Below are positions 12,638 to 24,975 of a DNA stretch of 64,000 nucleotides, piece after piece. Under the pieces are notes generated by a model. The model was not told the DNA's origin, searched no databases, and saw nothing but the letters and a program-made list of their open reading frames with translations. Source of the stretch: Mobula hypostoma (lineage: Eukaryota); contig NC_086108.1 of the NCBI RefSeq assembly GCF_963921235.1, positions 27,902,001-27,966,000 of the forward strand, given 5' to 3'. A program made the translations under genes and the position numbers. Numbering within the stretch: position 1 is the stretch's first letter; each line of letters starts with the position of its first letter.

Positions 12638-13420
12638 ATCATAGTGTTAGTCATACTTTATTGATCCCAGGGGAAATTGCTTTTCGTTACAGTTGCACCA
12701 TAAATAATAAATAGTAATAGAACCATAAATAGTTAAACAGTAATATGTAAATTATGCTAGTAAATTATGAAATAAGTCCAGGACCAGCCTATTGGCTCAG
12801 GGTGTCTGACTCTCCAAGGGAGGAGTTGTAAAGTTTGATGGCCACAGGCAGGAATGACTTCCTATGACGCTCTGTGTTGCATCTTGGTGGAATCAGTCTC
12901 TGGCTGAATGTACTCCTGTGCCCACCCAGTACATTATGTAGTGGATGGGAGACATTGACCAAGATGGCATGCAACTTGGACAGCATCCTCTTTTCAGACA
13001 CCACCGTGAGAGAGTCCAGTTCCATCCCCACAACATCACAGGCCTTACAAATGAGTTTGTTGATTCTGTTGGTGTCTGCTACCCTCAGCCCGCTGCCCCA
13101 GCACACAACAGCAAACATGATCGCACTGGCCACCACAGACTCGTAGAACATCCTCGGCATCGTCCGGCAGATGTTAAAGGACTTCAGTCTCCTCAGGAAA
13201 TTGAGACAGTTCTGACCCTTCTTGTACATAGCCTCAGTGTTTTCTGACCAGTCCAGTTTATTGTCAATTCGTATCCCCAGGTACTTGTAATCCTCCACCA
13301 TGTCCACACTGACCCCCTGGATGGAAACAGGGGTCACCGGTACCTTAGCTCTCCTCAGGTCTACCACCAGCTCCTTAGTCTTTTTCACGTCAAGCTGCAG
13401 ATAATTCTGTTCACACCAGC
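12638..13420 (-). mobile_element. Young Rex1/Babar-like LINE 3' fragment
   Basis: Uninterrupted 199-aa ORF KKTKELVVDLRR...YKYLGIRIDNKLDWS...FLRRLKSF...SHPLH...RKSFLPVAIKLYN; aataaa plus (tatgac)n tail; nearly identical to 31366-32253. Confidence 0.9.
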
Positions 13421-13639
13421 ACTTAGAGGCAACGAAGTTTTAATAGTGTCTCCACGCCCAGCTCATGTACCATTTAAAGGTGCTGCCATCAAATTTGGTG
13501 AAGTTGCCCTCAGGACCCTCTAATGGCCACAGAAGCACAACAAAAAATATTTCCAGGAGGGACAATGAACGCATAGCAACTTCACCCACTTTGTACGTTA
13601 CTCATTTTTGGAATCAGTAAATTGCCGCAAGTGGAAGAG

Positions 13640-13860
13640 CGTTGAATGGCCATCCCTAACTGCACCTGAGATAATGGTGGTGATCCACCTCATTGAACCA
13701 TTGCAGTTTATCTAGTGAAGGGGTTCCCACAGTGCTATTGGGAAGGGAGCTCCAGGATTTAACCCCAATGAAGATGACAGAGCAGTGATGAATTTCCAAG
13801 TTAGGGCAGTATGGCAAGGGGAACAGGGTAGTATGCCTGTGCTTATGATGATATCTGGTT
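13640..13860 (-). mobile_element. Old CR1-like LINE 3' fragment
   Basis: Minus ORF 13656-13889 GVKSWSSLPNSTVGTPS..LQWF...HHH; same family as 300-900 and 57110-59060. Confidence 0.55.
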
Positions 13861-14087
13861 CTCCAAACTTCTCCAAGTTTGGCCTTCACAACATTCCAGC
13901 TGGCGACAGCTGATCTCTCTAATTTTTTGCTTGCTACGCAGTGGTTTGGGCAACCACTGATGCTCCTTATTCAGGGAGAGGGATCTTAATTTCCTTTTTC
14001 TTGACCAGAGACTCGCAATCATCACAGCCACAAGGATTTGCAGACTTCACAAGCATTCAGCAAATGATAGATTCTATTGATGTGGCA

Positions 14088-14210
14088 CTCCAGTTCTGAG
14101 GATGTTTAACTAGAAACATTAACTCGGTTTCCCTCTCTACAAAGGCTGTCTGACTTGTTGAATGTTTCATGTTTTCTGTATTGATTTTGGCTTTCCAGCA
14201 GCTGCAGTTG
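14088..14210 (+). mobile_element. Degenerate Penelope terminal-repeat remnant
   Basis: agttCTGAGGA...GAAACattaact followed by gctgtctgacttgttga...ttccagcagctgcag, matching the 24240-24372 end sequence. Confidence 0.5.
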
Positions 14211-16224
14211 TTTTTTTATTGTTTACTCCAGGCTTCCCGTTGCCCGCAAACCTGCTATCTCCCTAAGAATTGAAAGGATTATTATACCCAGCAGAAGCAT
14301 CTCCTCTCATTCTCATGGTCAATGCCTTATTGTTGGAGTTTCTATAACTTTATCATCCTTCGTGCCTGCAGATTTCAAATGTTTCCCCACAAGGTAAGTC
14401 AACTTTGGGTATGAGGGGCTACGTCCCCTCTCAGGGATCCTTCTACTGCCTACTGGTTTAACAAGTCACAAAGTAACCAAAAGGCAAAGAAATAGTGTCA
14501 GTCACAGTCTCTGTGGTACTTTCTGGACAGCAACTCACATTATAGCTGCAAGGTGCCCTAGAACCTAGTAATTGTAAAGGCAGTGTTCTTGGCCCATGGT
14601 CTATGAGGAGACAGATACTTAAATAGGAATGGCATTGAAGGATACGGGATAAACATGGGCAAATGGGAAGCTTGATCAGTTGAGCCAAAGGGCTGTATGG
14701 TACTATGTCTCTAAATTAAATCAAGCTATCCTCTGCCTTGGTGAATGCTTCATCAACATGTGCACCTTTGTTCTTCTGCTCCAAGCTGCACCTGCTTTCT
14801 GTATTCTTCCAGAATATATTACTGAATATTCATACCCTAGCTATATACATGCACCCAAGACTTTTATACAGTACTGAATTTCTGCCTTATACTGAACTAT
14901 CCACCCATCTGTTCATCCTCTGCCCTCAGAATGCAAGCCAATAAAACTTTTCCTTACCTATACCTACACTTTGGTATTACGAACAGTTTGATAGTATTTC
15001 CAAAACCCTTTATTTCAGCTCTTATTCAGTCATAAATACAAGTGCTGTCTATTGATGCTCCTATCACATGTTATTTCCTGAACCTTCGTGCTGGCTAAAT
15101 CCTTTGAATCCTACATTTCAGTATCTTTCAATCCATGTGGCCAGTGTTTCCTTTATTCCACATGCATTTACACTGGTGTAATAATTCACCTTTCTCAGAA
15201 TATTTACTGAAGCATAGTAGTTTCACACAGATTTCCAGAGTCATAAAATCAAAAGAAAACTTCGAATGCTTGGATAAGGTTTCAGAAGATCCTGGCCATT
15301 GCTATAATTCCAACAATTTTCTGTAACTATGGAAAGGCAGTAGTGTTAAAAAGAAGAAAAGCAGTCACTTCGTAAAGCTTCGAGTTATCTTAAGTTCAAT
15401 GAAGTCTGTTTAAGTATACTTATTGTTATCATGTAGACAAACAAAGCCAGCATTATTTGCACAGTAAATGAGATGTATGAGCACTTCATCCAGTAGAGTT
15501 CGAATTAAATGTTTGCCAGAATCCATACTCACTTTTGAAAATTGACTCAGACTATTTTGTATCCACTCAATAAATGGACAGGGCTCTTGTTAGCTATAGA
15601 TGGTGCCTCAGCCAACATTACATTGTCTTTGTCCTGCACTGATGTGCTTGTAGGATTAAGTCCTGAGGTGGGAAATGAACCATGGTCTCTGATTATGAGA
15701 CATGAGATCTGCCGCCTGAATCTACCTGATACTCTGAGAATGGGAGGCTGCTGGAAGAGCAGCCAGTTTTTCAGTCTTTTAAATTTTATCCCATTTTCCC
15801 CTGCATCTGCAGACCCTTCTCTCACGACTCCAAAGTGGTGCATAACCATCTTAATTCACATGCTCTCTTTCATTACCTTCATTTGAACAAGTGGCTTTTC
15901 ATATGAGAATTAACTATAAACTCCACCAACCTCCTTTCTCTCTGTTGTAGACCACAAGACTGAGAATGCATAATTCTTTCCTGATGCACCAAAATGAAGG
16001 AGAATTTTTGTTTATGAGTTTTCCAGAATTACTGGCAAGGCCCATTCCTGATTGCCCTTTGGAAAAGTAATGACAACTGGGTGGCTTGCTCTGCCTTTTT
16101 GGTTTTAAGAAAGCCATTCAATCAGGTGGACCTGGAGATACTTATAGGCCAGACAAAGAAGTAAATTTCATCTTCATAGGAACATAATTGAACTAAAGGA
16201 GGCTTCACAACCATTAGGGAGATT

Positions 16225-16930
16225 CTGCTCTATCTCCATCCACAAATTTGCAGGCGATATCATTGTTGTGGGCAGAATCTCACAAAGTACAGGAAGGAGA
16301 TGGAAAGCCTGGTGACATGGACCAACTTTTTCACGACAACAACCTTTCCCTCAATGTCAGCAAATCAAAAGAGCTGATCATTGACTTCAGAAAGGAGGAC
16401 GGTGCACATGCTTCTGTTTACATCAACGGTGCTGAGGTCAAGAGGTCAAGAGAGTAGAAAACTTTCAAATTTCAAAGAAGTGAAAATTACCAATAGCCTG
16501 TCCTGGTCTGACCATGTAGATACCTGGGTCAAGAAAGCGCACAATAACTCTGCTTCATCTGAAGGCTAACTAAATTTGGCATACCCTCACTAATTTTTAT
16601 TAGATGTTGATAGAAAGCATCTAAATTATCAGAATGCATCATGGTGGCAACTGCTCTGCGCAAGACCACAGGAAACTGCAAAGAGTTGTGGCCACAGCTG
16701 AGCATATCATGAAAACCAAACTGCCCTCCATGGACTATGTTTATACTTCATGCTGCCTCAGTAAAACATAGACCTCACCCATTTGGACATTTTCTCTTTT
16801 CCCCCTCAGGCCAAGATACAAAAGCCTAAAAGCACGCACCACCAGACTCAAGGCAGCTATTATCCCATTGCTATGAGACGATTGAATGGACCTCTGCTAC
16901 AATAAGATGGACTCTTGACCTCACAATCTT
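16225..16930 (+). mobile_element. Degenerate Rex1-like LINE 3' fragment
   Basis: NNLSLNVSKSKELIIDFRKE..., ITNSLSWSDHVD..VKKAH; multiple stops. Confidence 0.8.
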
Positions 16931-17792
16931 CTAATTTACAAGTAGTTTATACGGTCTTCATCATTGCTAAGAAAAGCTGTTGCTACAAATTCTAGATTAT
17001 TGATCTGAATTTAAATTCCAGAGATACGTGGAATGGAATTCTTTGGTCCAAACCTTCTGGATAATGAGGCAGGTTGTTTAGCTGTTGCAACATTGCATCC
17101 TTCTAATTGTACAAGACATTGATCCCTCTTCTGTATCTGCATTGGTTGGTGTTCCAGTGCAATGAATGCATTCCCTCATTCAGTTTAAATTTCAGATTGA
17201 GCATACGTAGTCAATAACATCTAACCAGTTAGGAATTTCAGATAATCTCAAAAAACCAAATAATTTGTTACAACAAAGCATTATTGGAACAAGTCAAAAT
17301 ATCTCATTGTGTCCTAGTAGCTAATATTTGCCTACATGCAATGACTTGGTTATCTATTAAATTGATTAGTATGAACGTTATTATTTCTAAAGATTAGCAG
17401 ACAGAGTTGCCATAAAGGTAAATGGGAATTAGAAAAAAACCTCCTTGAGAATAAATGGTTCTTTTTACAGAAATCTGCAGTGATTACTTGTCTCACTATG
17501 TGACTATTGACGCGTGCAATAAGAATAGATCTATTCAGTCAAAATAACTCACTAAAGGAACTAAGTATTGATTGCACATTCCTAAGAGAATGTATCAGTT
17601 TACTGTTGATTCCAGTGACAGATATTTCATCTGCCTCAGGCAAGTGATATCAATGCACAGTTGGTTAGTCTAGAAATGCATAGTAGGTAGGAGATGTTTT
17701 AATTTTCCTGCTCTGACAATTGTCTGTTAAAATTATTCAATCAGAATAAAGTCCCTTGTTGTTGCTCCATGCCAGATATATCGCTCCCTCGC

Positions 17793-17794
<2 letters not shown>

Positions 17795-17825
<31 letters not shown>
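17795..17825. repeat. (CA)15 microsatellite
   Basis: Direct read. Confidence 0.95.
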
Positions 17826-17827
<2 letters not shown>

Positions 17828-18199
17828 CTAACTCTGCATTACAGTTGTTGATCAATTTACTTTGTAATTCACCCACTGAGCAAAAAGATGGGTAAATATA
17901 TTTGAGGTATTTAATCTCAGCAGAGGGGATATTTCATTGGCTTCAGGGTATTGACATGTAGTTAAAAGACAAGCAAATGTGTTAACAGCAATGATGGAAG
18001 AATCCATACAAACTGGGATTAGAAATGATGGTAACTGTGGTGTATGAACTCAAGAAGGATATGGTGTATTTTAGTAAGAAACATGGTCTGTACTACGCAG
18101 AAGATGACTGTTGTATATTATTGTACTTGACAATACTATACAGGTATATTTGCATGTGTTTGTATCTTGCTGGAACATACATTGCTACTTTATTTCATG

Positions 18200-19262
18200 A
18201 CTGCCATAGCTGTCTCATAGAGTCCTAGAGAAGTCCAGCACAGAAACAGGACCTTTAGCCCATCTAGTCCATGCTGAAACCATTTAAGCAGCCTACTCCC
18301 AACGACCTGCACTGGGACCATAGCCCTCCATACCCCTACCATCCATATACCTATGCAAACTTCTCGTAAATGTTGAAATTAAGCACCACTTCTGCTGTCT
18401 GCTCATTCCACACTCTCATGACTCTCTGAGTGAAGGGGATCACCTTTCACCCTTAACCTATGACCTCTGGTAGTAGTCTCACCCAACCTCAGTGGAAAAA
18501 GCCTGCTTGCACTTATACTATCTATACCCCTCATAATTTTGTATACCTCTTTCAAATCTCCTCTCAATCTTCTATGTTCTCAAGAATACAGTCCTAATCT
18601 GTTCAATATTTCGTTATAACTCAGATCCTCCACGCCTGGCAATATCCTTGTAAATTTTCTCCACATTCTTTCAACCCTCTTTATCTTTTCTGTAGTTAGG
18701 TGACCAAAACTGCACACAATACTCCAAATTAGGTCTCACCAATGTCTTCTACAACTTCAATATAACATCCCATCTCCTGTACTCAATACATTGATTTATG
18801 AAGACCAATGCGTCAATAGTTTTCTTTACGACCCTATCTACCTTTGAAGCCACTTTCAACAAATAATGGACCTGTATTCCCAGATCCTTTTGTCCAACCA
18901 CACTTCTCGGTGCACTACCATTCACTGTGTAAGACCTACCCTGGTTGGTCCACTGAAGTGCAAAACCTCACACTTCTCTGCATTAAATGTGATCTGCCAT
19001 TTTGCAGCCTATTTTTTCAGCTGATGCAGATCCCTCTGCAGGCCATGATAGCCTTCCTCATTGTCCACTACACCCCAGTCTTGGTGTCATCCGTAAATTT
19101 GCTGATCCTGTTAAGCACATTATCATCCACATCATTGATATGGATGACAAACAACAAAGGACTCAGCACTGATCCCCATGGCACACTAAAGGGCCTCCAG
19201 TCAGAGAGGCAACCATCTACTACCACTCTCTAGCTTCTCCCACAAATCCAATTTACTACCTC
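18200..19262 (-). mobile_element. CR1 LINE 3' fragment
   Basis: Reverse complement of CR1 RT 3' half and 3' UTR (VP.GSVLSPLLFVI, YCVQFWSPNYRKD); catag-type tail. Confidence 0.85.
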
Positions 19263-19474
19263 CTATTTGTAAGCCACTGTACAGCTAATTCTCATAATAT
19301 CATGCTACACCACTGTGTTCAAAAGCAGAAAATGCTGGAAAAACTGTCAAGGCAATATACTGTTTCTCTTTCCAAAGATGCTGCCTGACCAACTGAGTTT
19401 TACCCAGCATTTTCTGATTTTGTTTCATATTTCAAACATCTGCAGTATTAAATCTAGTTTATTATTTTTAATTT

Positions 19475-19735
19475 TTTTTAGATCTACATTGTGGAACGGG
19501 TCCTTCTGTCCCAATGAACCATGCTGCCCAGCAACCCACCTTCTTATCCCAAGCCTAATCACAGGATCATTTACAAGAATCGGTACGTCTTTTGACTGTG
19601 AGAGGAAAGCAAAGCACCCGGAAGAAATCCAAATAAGGTGAACGTGCAAATTCCTTACAGAGGACACCGGAATTGAACTCTAAACTCCGACGCCCCAAGC
19701 TGTAATAACGTTATGCAAACGGCTATGCTACGGTA
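19475..19735 (-). mobile_element. V-SINE (HE1-like)
   Basis: Reverse-strand B box (ggaattgaactc), V-domain gactgtgagaggaaag, T-rich tail. Confidence 0.75.
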
Positions 19736-20004
19736 GCATAGAATTCATTGGCGCTGTACAGTTTTCCTATACCAAATGCTATGGTTATTTTTGTACAGTT
19801 GTATCACATGCTATCTTTAATTGCAGTACAGATTCTCTACTGTGCCACTGTGCCTGTAATATATTGTTATATTTGAGGGTAATACAGATGCTGCCCTTGG
19901 TTTGTGTATAGTTCATATCTTGATGAATAAGCATTCCATGTATTTTTATATTTTTTGCCACAAAGCTTTGTATAAGTTCTTGCAGCATAAATATTTTTGG
20001 ATTA

Positions 20005-20107
20005 CACAGTGGAGCAGGGCTAATAGAGATGTTCTCTTACAGCTCCAAAGACAAGTTCAATCTTGACTTCTGGTGCTGACTTTGAGGAGATCACATGTTC
20101 TGCCTGT
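20005..20107 (+). mobile_element. 5' half of a V-SINE split by the ERV
   Basis: tRNA-like head with agttcaatc B box, ending gaggagatcacatgttctgcCTGT. The V-domain resumes at 25653. Confidence 0.6.
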
Positions 20108-20495
20108 TGCAGTAAAGAGCACTGGAGTAGACAACAAGGGATGATAATGTAGGAGAAAGATGAAAGGGCACTATACAGGGTTGGCACCAGGTAGACGAAG
20201 TCAAACAGCTGCACAGTAATGTGAACTATAATAAGGCTTGAAGGCTCATACAACATGGGCTCCAAAGCTTGAGACTACAAAAGTTTTACATTCTATAAGT
20301 ACAGTGTATAGGGCAGGGGTAGAGGTAATGAGAGGAGAAGTAGATTATAAATAGTATAAGAGCGATGAAGACTTTGGATCAGGGAGCGTTCATTCTAGAA
20401 TGAGAGACTCCTCTGTTGACGGCAGCTTGAGATAAAGAAAAAGTTTGTTCTGAGGGTATACCCCGGACTTTTATGTGAGTTCTTTTACACTTGCA
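20108..20495 (+). repeat. ERV 5' LTR (388 bp)
   Basis: TG..CA ends, TATAAA at about 20347, gataaa polyA-like signal; the 3' 160 bp aligns to 25496-25652. Confidence 0.75.
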
Positions 20496-20496
20496 A

Positions 20497-20516
20497 TGGG
20501 CACTGTGCACAGGGTC
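20497..20516 (+). promoter_or_regulatory. Degenerate primer-binding site, closest to tRNA-Ser(CGA)-type
   Basis: TGGGCACTGTGCACAGGGTC lies 1 nt after the LTR and resembles TGGCGCTGTGAGCAGGATTC, with several mismatches. Confidence 0.45.
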
Positions 20517-22628
20517 CACTGGAATGCTGGACCAGCGGGGCATCACCCCTCCAGGAGTTCACTAAAGTGCTACCCAGGGACCAACTGATACTAACGCATT
20601 GACAGCGAAGAGTTCAGACAACCAAAGGCAGGAGGTAACCAAGACAAATGGTAAATCAGTGCTATAATTTGGATCCAGGAAGGTGGGAAAACTGGTGAGT
20701 TTTACCAGGGAGAGCGAAGGAAGGTACCAGACCAGCAGGGTGGAAGCCTCCAGTGGAGACTGATCACTGTGATAAAATTAAAGAAACAATGACTTATAGA
20801 AAAGGGTACGTTCAGAATCAAAAAAGAGGAAGATCAGAATGCATGGTGGGGACAGTTGAAAGGGAGCAGACAGAAAGAAGCGACGAGATAATGCCCCAAA
20901 AGAGGCAGCATTTATAGGGCTGCAAAGTGGAAGTCGAAAGAGCTATGTAAAACTCCCAGGCAAAAAAAAGTTGCCCAATATAAGAATGTACTGTGAGTCA
21001 GAGAGGAAGAGTAGTTTAAATTATTGAAAGAGATATAATTAATACCACAGAGGATCATAAACTGTTATAGAAAGTGAATGGGTTAAAAACAAGACCCACA
21101 CAATTTTGGCCACAATAATTTAAAAGGATGGATTGGGGAGGGGAGCTAGAGGTGACACAAATAAGGACCGGGAATGGGACTAAGGACACAACTCAGACAT
21201 TAACCCCAAATGCAAAAAAAAACCAAAATCCAATGAAAGAGAAAGAGAATGCATGAGGTTTGTGTGAGTGAGTGAAAAGCTGTTCTGTGTTTGTTAAATT
21301 TGTATTGGGTAAATGTTGAATTAATCCTCTGCTACAAAGGAATTGGGATGCAAATGAGTGAAAAGTTCCACTATTTTATGTAAAATCAATTTGTAAGGCA
21401 ATTTATCTTTGGTGAGGTGGTAAACCTTTGAGAAGTTGTATAAATGTATGGGTATGTAGGTACCCATCTATCTACCCTTCCTTTGTCTTTATTCTTTAAA
21501 AGATTTTCACTGTGGAAATTAATTGTTTGTTCGAAGTTATGAAAGTCTAAACATGGATTTTCTTTTATTTCACCTATGGTTTATGTTTGTGCTCTTTTAT
21601 CACTTTCCTTTACAATTGACTTGGGAGAGAGAAAAAGACTGAATCCTACAGTGGTCTTGTGGAAACCAGATTAAGGGGCTAGAAATACCAGTGTCTCTGT
21701 TCCGGATATGGGCCTCCCACATTTCAAAAAGGAGCTGATGTTTGTGGAAATTGATGTTCACTGTGTACTTAAATTGGTACTTTGGTAGGTGCATTGAAAC
21801 ATTTCAGGACTAATCTTAAACGTTGCTTTTCATTACAAGAATTCTTTTGCAGAAGGTTAAAAGTAATTGTTCGAGACTCTTAACTTATTGATTTGGAGTT
21901 TTAGATTCCATTTGAAAGATTTGTTTTTCAAATGTAATCACAATGTGTTTCATAAAATGCAAATAAGAGTTCATTTTAGATTATGTGTTGATCCAGTGGT
22001 AGTTAAGACCTTTACTCATATTGTCAGTCCTAATTCTCTTACCGCTTTAACAGAAGACACAGCTATTAAGCTGCTTTGGATGGTTAAATTAAAATGATCT
22101 AGTCAGCCAGCTTGTCTCTCAGGACACTCAGGATCCCAATATTACCATAAAATATCTTTAAATTCTTACGTTCCTCACTGAAATATACTGAAGAAACACA
22201 CAAATACACTGAGCACATAGCTAGAAGACCACATTCGAGTCTGAGAAAAGCCGATAGCAAACCTGGAAATGTATGTAAATGTATCTGGGAGATGCTATGA
22301 TGGTATTTCAAAGTTAGGGAGGGAGGTCATCAATGGGAGAGGCTGTATTTCAGATAGAGGAGAATTAACCAGAATTGACACTGCACAAGTCTCCGTTATA
22401 TGAGCTTTGGCATTAGGACCAGACGGAACAGCCAATATTTACACAGCGAGTCATATTTACCCATAAAGGCAAAGATAAAATGCCGTTTCTACAAAAATAA
22501 TATTAGTTGTGGACAGGTATGGACTAAGATGTGGCCAGACATTGCCAGAAATATATTATACAGTATATACAAATAAATCTGGTAAGAAATGTAGGGGTCT
22601 GATAAGCCATCAACAATGGTCACTAAAA

Positions 22629-23320
22629 CCCTGAAAAAACACCAAGATTAACTTCATAGGACCCCTCAATTCGGACAGAGGTAAGAAGTTTTGTTTAGTT
22701 ATTATTGATCATTTTATGAAATGGATAGAGGCTTTTCTCACTCGTGAATGCTCCATGAACAGAGTTGCAAAGGTACTAGTGAACGAGATTTTCCCCAAGT
22801 GAGGTATGCTGGTGAAGACTGACTGACAATGAAAGAAATTTCACTGGTGAGACAATGAAAGAAACATAAACTACTGGGAATCAAACTGAAGTACTCTATT
22901 TCCCATCGCCTACAGAGCCTGGGACTGGTGGAGACAATCAACTGTACCCTGAAGGGAGTGTTGGCAAAAGCCAATCAGGAAACTGGTAAGAGATAGACAA
23001 TTTTATTACCACAGCTTAAGGGGTTTAAGAGGAGAAGCTGGATCTAAATTTGGGTTGCCATCATTTGAGTTAATGTTACAAGATCTCCAAGAGACCAAGT
23101 AACTGAGGTGAGTCAAGGTGCAATACTTACTTTAGTAAGAAGATAAGGAAAATGTCAAAACGAGTGAGAGAACAGGAGATTGCTGGCAGAGAGAAATAAT
23201 TTCTGAATGAAAATGCACCAACATTGCCTTTGTTGGAGACAGGGTACTGAACCAGGAGATTGATAGAGAGGACCATAATCAGGCTTTATTTGTAACTCCA
23301 ACATTTGTACGCTTAAAGGA
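22629..23320 (+). pseudogene. pol: Retroviral integrase pseudogene
   Basis: P*KNTKINFIGPLNSDRGKKFCLVIIDHFMKWIEAFLT...VAKVLVNEIFPK*GM...LLGIKLKYSISHRLQSLGLVETINCTLKGVLAK, and C-terminal GP(Y)QALFVTPT; stops and frameshifts. Confidence 0.85.
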
Positions 23321-23558
23321 AACAAGGGGAGACATTGAACACAGATTAAGACATATGAAACTAAGTCCTCCTTTGAACCTCTCTCTAACAGGATAGAACA
23401 CACAAGAAATAACCAAATTAGACCAGGTATGCGCCATTTACGTCTGAGAACTACGATGAAACAATGAACAACAGTATGGGTCAGGATTCTACAGGAACCC
23501 TTCCCCCCCAACCTTCCACCCACAGATGATCAGAGAAGGATACAAGGTATTGTCCTGT

Positions 23559-24372
23559 CACCACCATTCTGGGCCCCAGACAGTCCTTCCAGGTGAGGTG
23601 ACACTTCACCTGTGAGTTGGCTGGGGTGATATACTGCGTCCTGTGCTCCCGATGTGGCCTTCTATATATTGGCAGGATCCGACCCAGGCTGGGAGACCGT
23701 TTTGCTGAACACCTACGTTCTGTCCACCAGAGAAAGCAGGGGTGTCCACCAGAGAAAGCAGGATCTCCCAGTGGCCACACATTTTAATTCCACGTCCCAT
23801 TCCCATTCTGATATGTCTATCCATGGCCTCCTCTACTGTAAAGATGAAGCCACACTCAGGTTGGAGGAACAACACCTTACATTCCGTTTGGGTAGCCTCC
23901 AACCTGATGGCATGAACATTGACTTCTCTAACTTCTGCTAATGCCCCACCTCCCCCTCATACCCCATCCGTTATTTATTTATATACCCACATTCTTTTTC
24001 TCTCTCTCCTTTTTCTCCCTCTGTCCCTCTCACTATACCTCTTGCCCATCCTCTGGGCTTTCTCCCCCCTCTCCCTTTTCCTTCTCCCTGGGCCACCTGT
24101 CCCATGATCCTCTCATATCCCTTTTGCCAATCAACTGTCCAGCTCTTGGCTCCATCCCTCCCCCTCCTGTCTTCTCCTATCATTTTGGATCTCCCCCTCC
24201 CCCTCCCACTTTCAAATCTCTTACTAGCTCTTCTTTCAGTTAGTACTGAGGAAGGGTGTCGGCCTGAAACGTCGACTGTACCTCTTCCTGGAGATGCTGC
24301 CTGGCCTGCTGCGTTCAACAGCAACTTTGATGTGTGTTGCTTGAAATTCCAGCATCTGCAGATTTCCTTGTG
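23559..24372 (+). mobile_element. Penelope-like element, 5'-truncated, inserted in the ERV
   Basis: GVIYCVLCSRCGLLYIG GIY-YIG motif, ...RLEEQHLTFRLGSLQPDGMN; 10-bp TSD ATTGTCCTGT at 23549-23558 and 24373-24382; small internal tandem duplication at about 23721-23763. Confidence 0.92.
24242..24277 (+). ncRNA. Minimal type-I hammerhead ribozyme motif in Penelope terminal repeat
   Basis: AGTA-CTGAGGA-AGGGTGTCGGCCT-GAAA-CGTC-GACT; core intact, one stem-I mismatch next to the core. Confidence 0.65.
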
Positions 24373-24730
24373 ATTGTCCTGTAAAGGTAGGGACACAATA
24401 GTGATATCCACTGGGCAGTAGCTACAATATACTGTTGGATAGGGCTAAACTGAGCTAATTATGCATAGCTACATCCATGCTAATGAGAACTACAATCCAG
24501 GATTACAGTAGAATAGAGAAAGGATAAAAGGACTAGCATGGAGAGAGAAGAAGATAAGAGGCTCTTACTGAAAGATTAGCTTGGGGTAACACAGGGTTAC
24601 CAAGATTTGACTGAGATGAGCAGAACAGGAAAAAGGCAGCGCATGGTCCTGAGGCAAATAGGGATTCTGAAGCCTTATGAGGGAACGGAAAATAATATCA
24701 TAGACAGGATGGTGAATACATCCTAAGAAA

Positions 24731-24975
24731 AGCATGGAGAAGGGGAGCTTGCTACATAGGAGGTGTATGGAGGGATATGGTCCGTGTGCAGGTCAGTGGG
24801 ACTAGGCAGAAAATGGTTCGGCACAGCCAAGAAGAGCCAAAAGGCCTGTTTCTGTGCTGTAGTTTCTATGGTTCTAAGGTTCTATGGTAACATCTTGCTC
24901 TCCATATCATACTGCCCAGGCTTGCATAGCTAGACAGCTAGGATGCAATTCCATGGTCAACTCTGACTGACGGAG
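24731..24975 (+). mobile_element. 3' piece of the RTE-like non-coding element, split by a CR1 3' tail (about 24757-24886)
   Basis: ggagaaggggagcttgctacat..[CR1 tail ending (ggttctat)n]..aacatcttgctctccatatc matches 63940-64000 and, reversed, 40640-40750. Confidence 0.7.

Noticed and set aside
12789..13388. Host gene (199-aa intact ORF)
   Set aside because: It is the C-terminal end of a LINE ORF2, duplicated at 31510-32108, with a LINE tail.
23330..24730. env gene of the ERV
   Set aside because: About 600 bp of non-Penelope sequence remains, but I could not read a signal peptide, furin site, CX6CC motif or transmembrane segment.
24736..24752. Polypurine tract and start of the ERV 3' LTR
   Set aside because: The purine run is better explained as part of the RTE-like element (matches 63940-63960), split by a CR1 tail.
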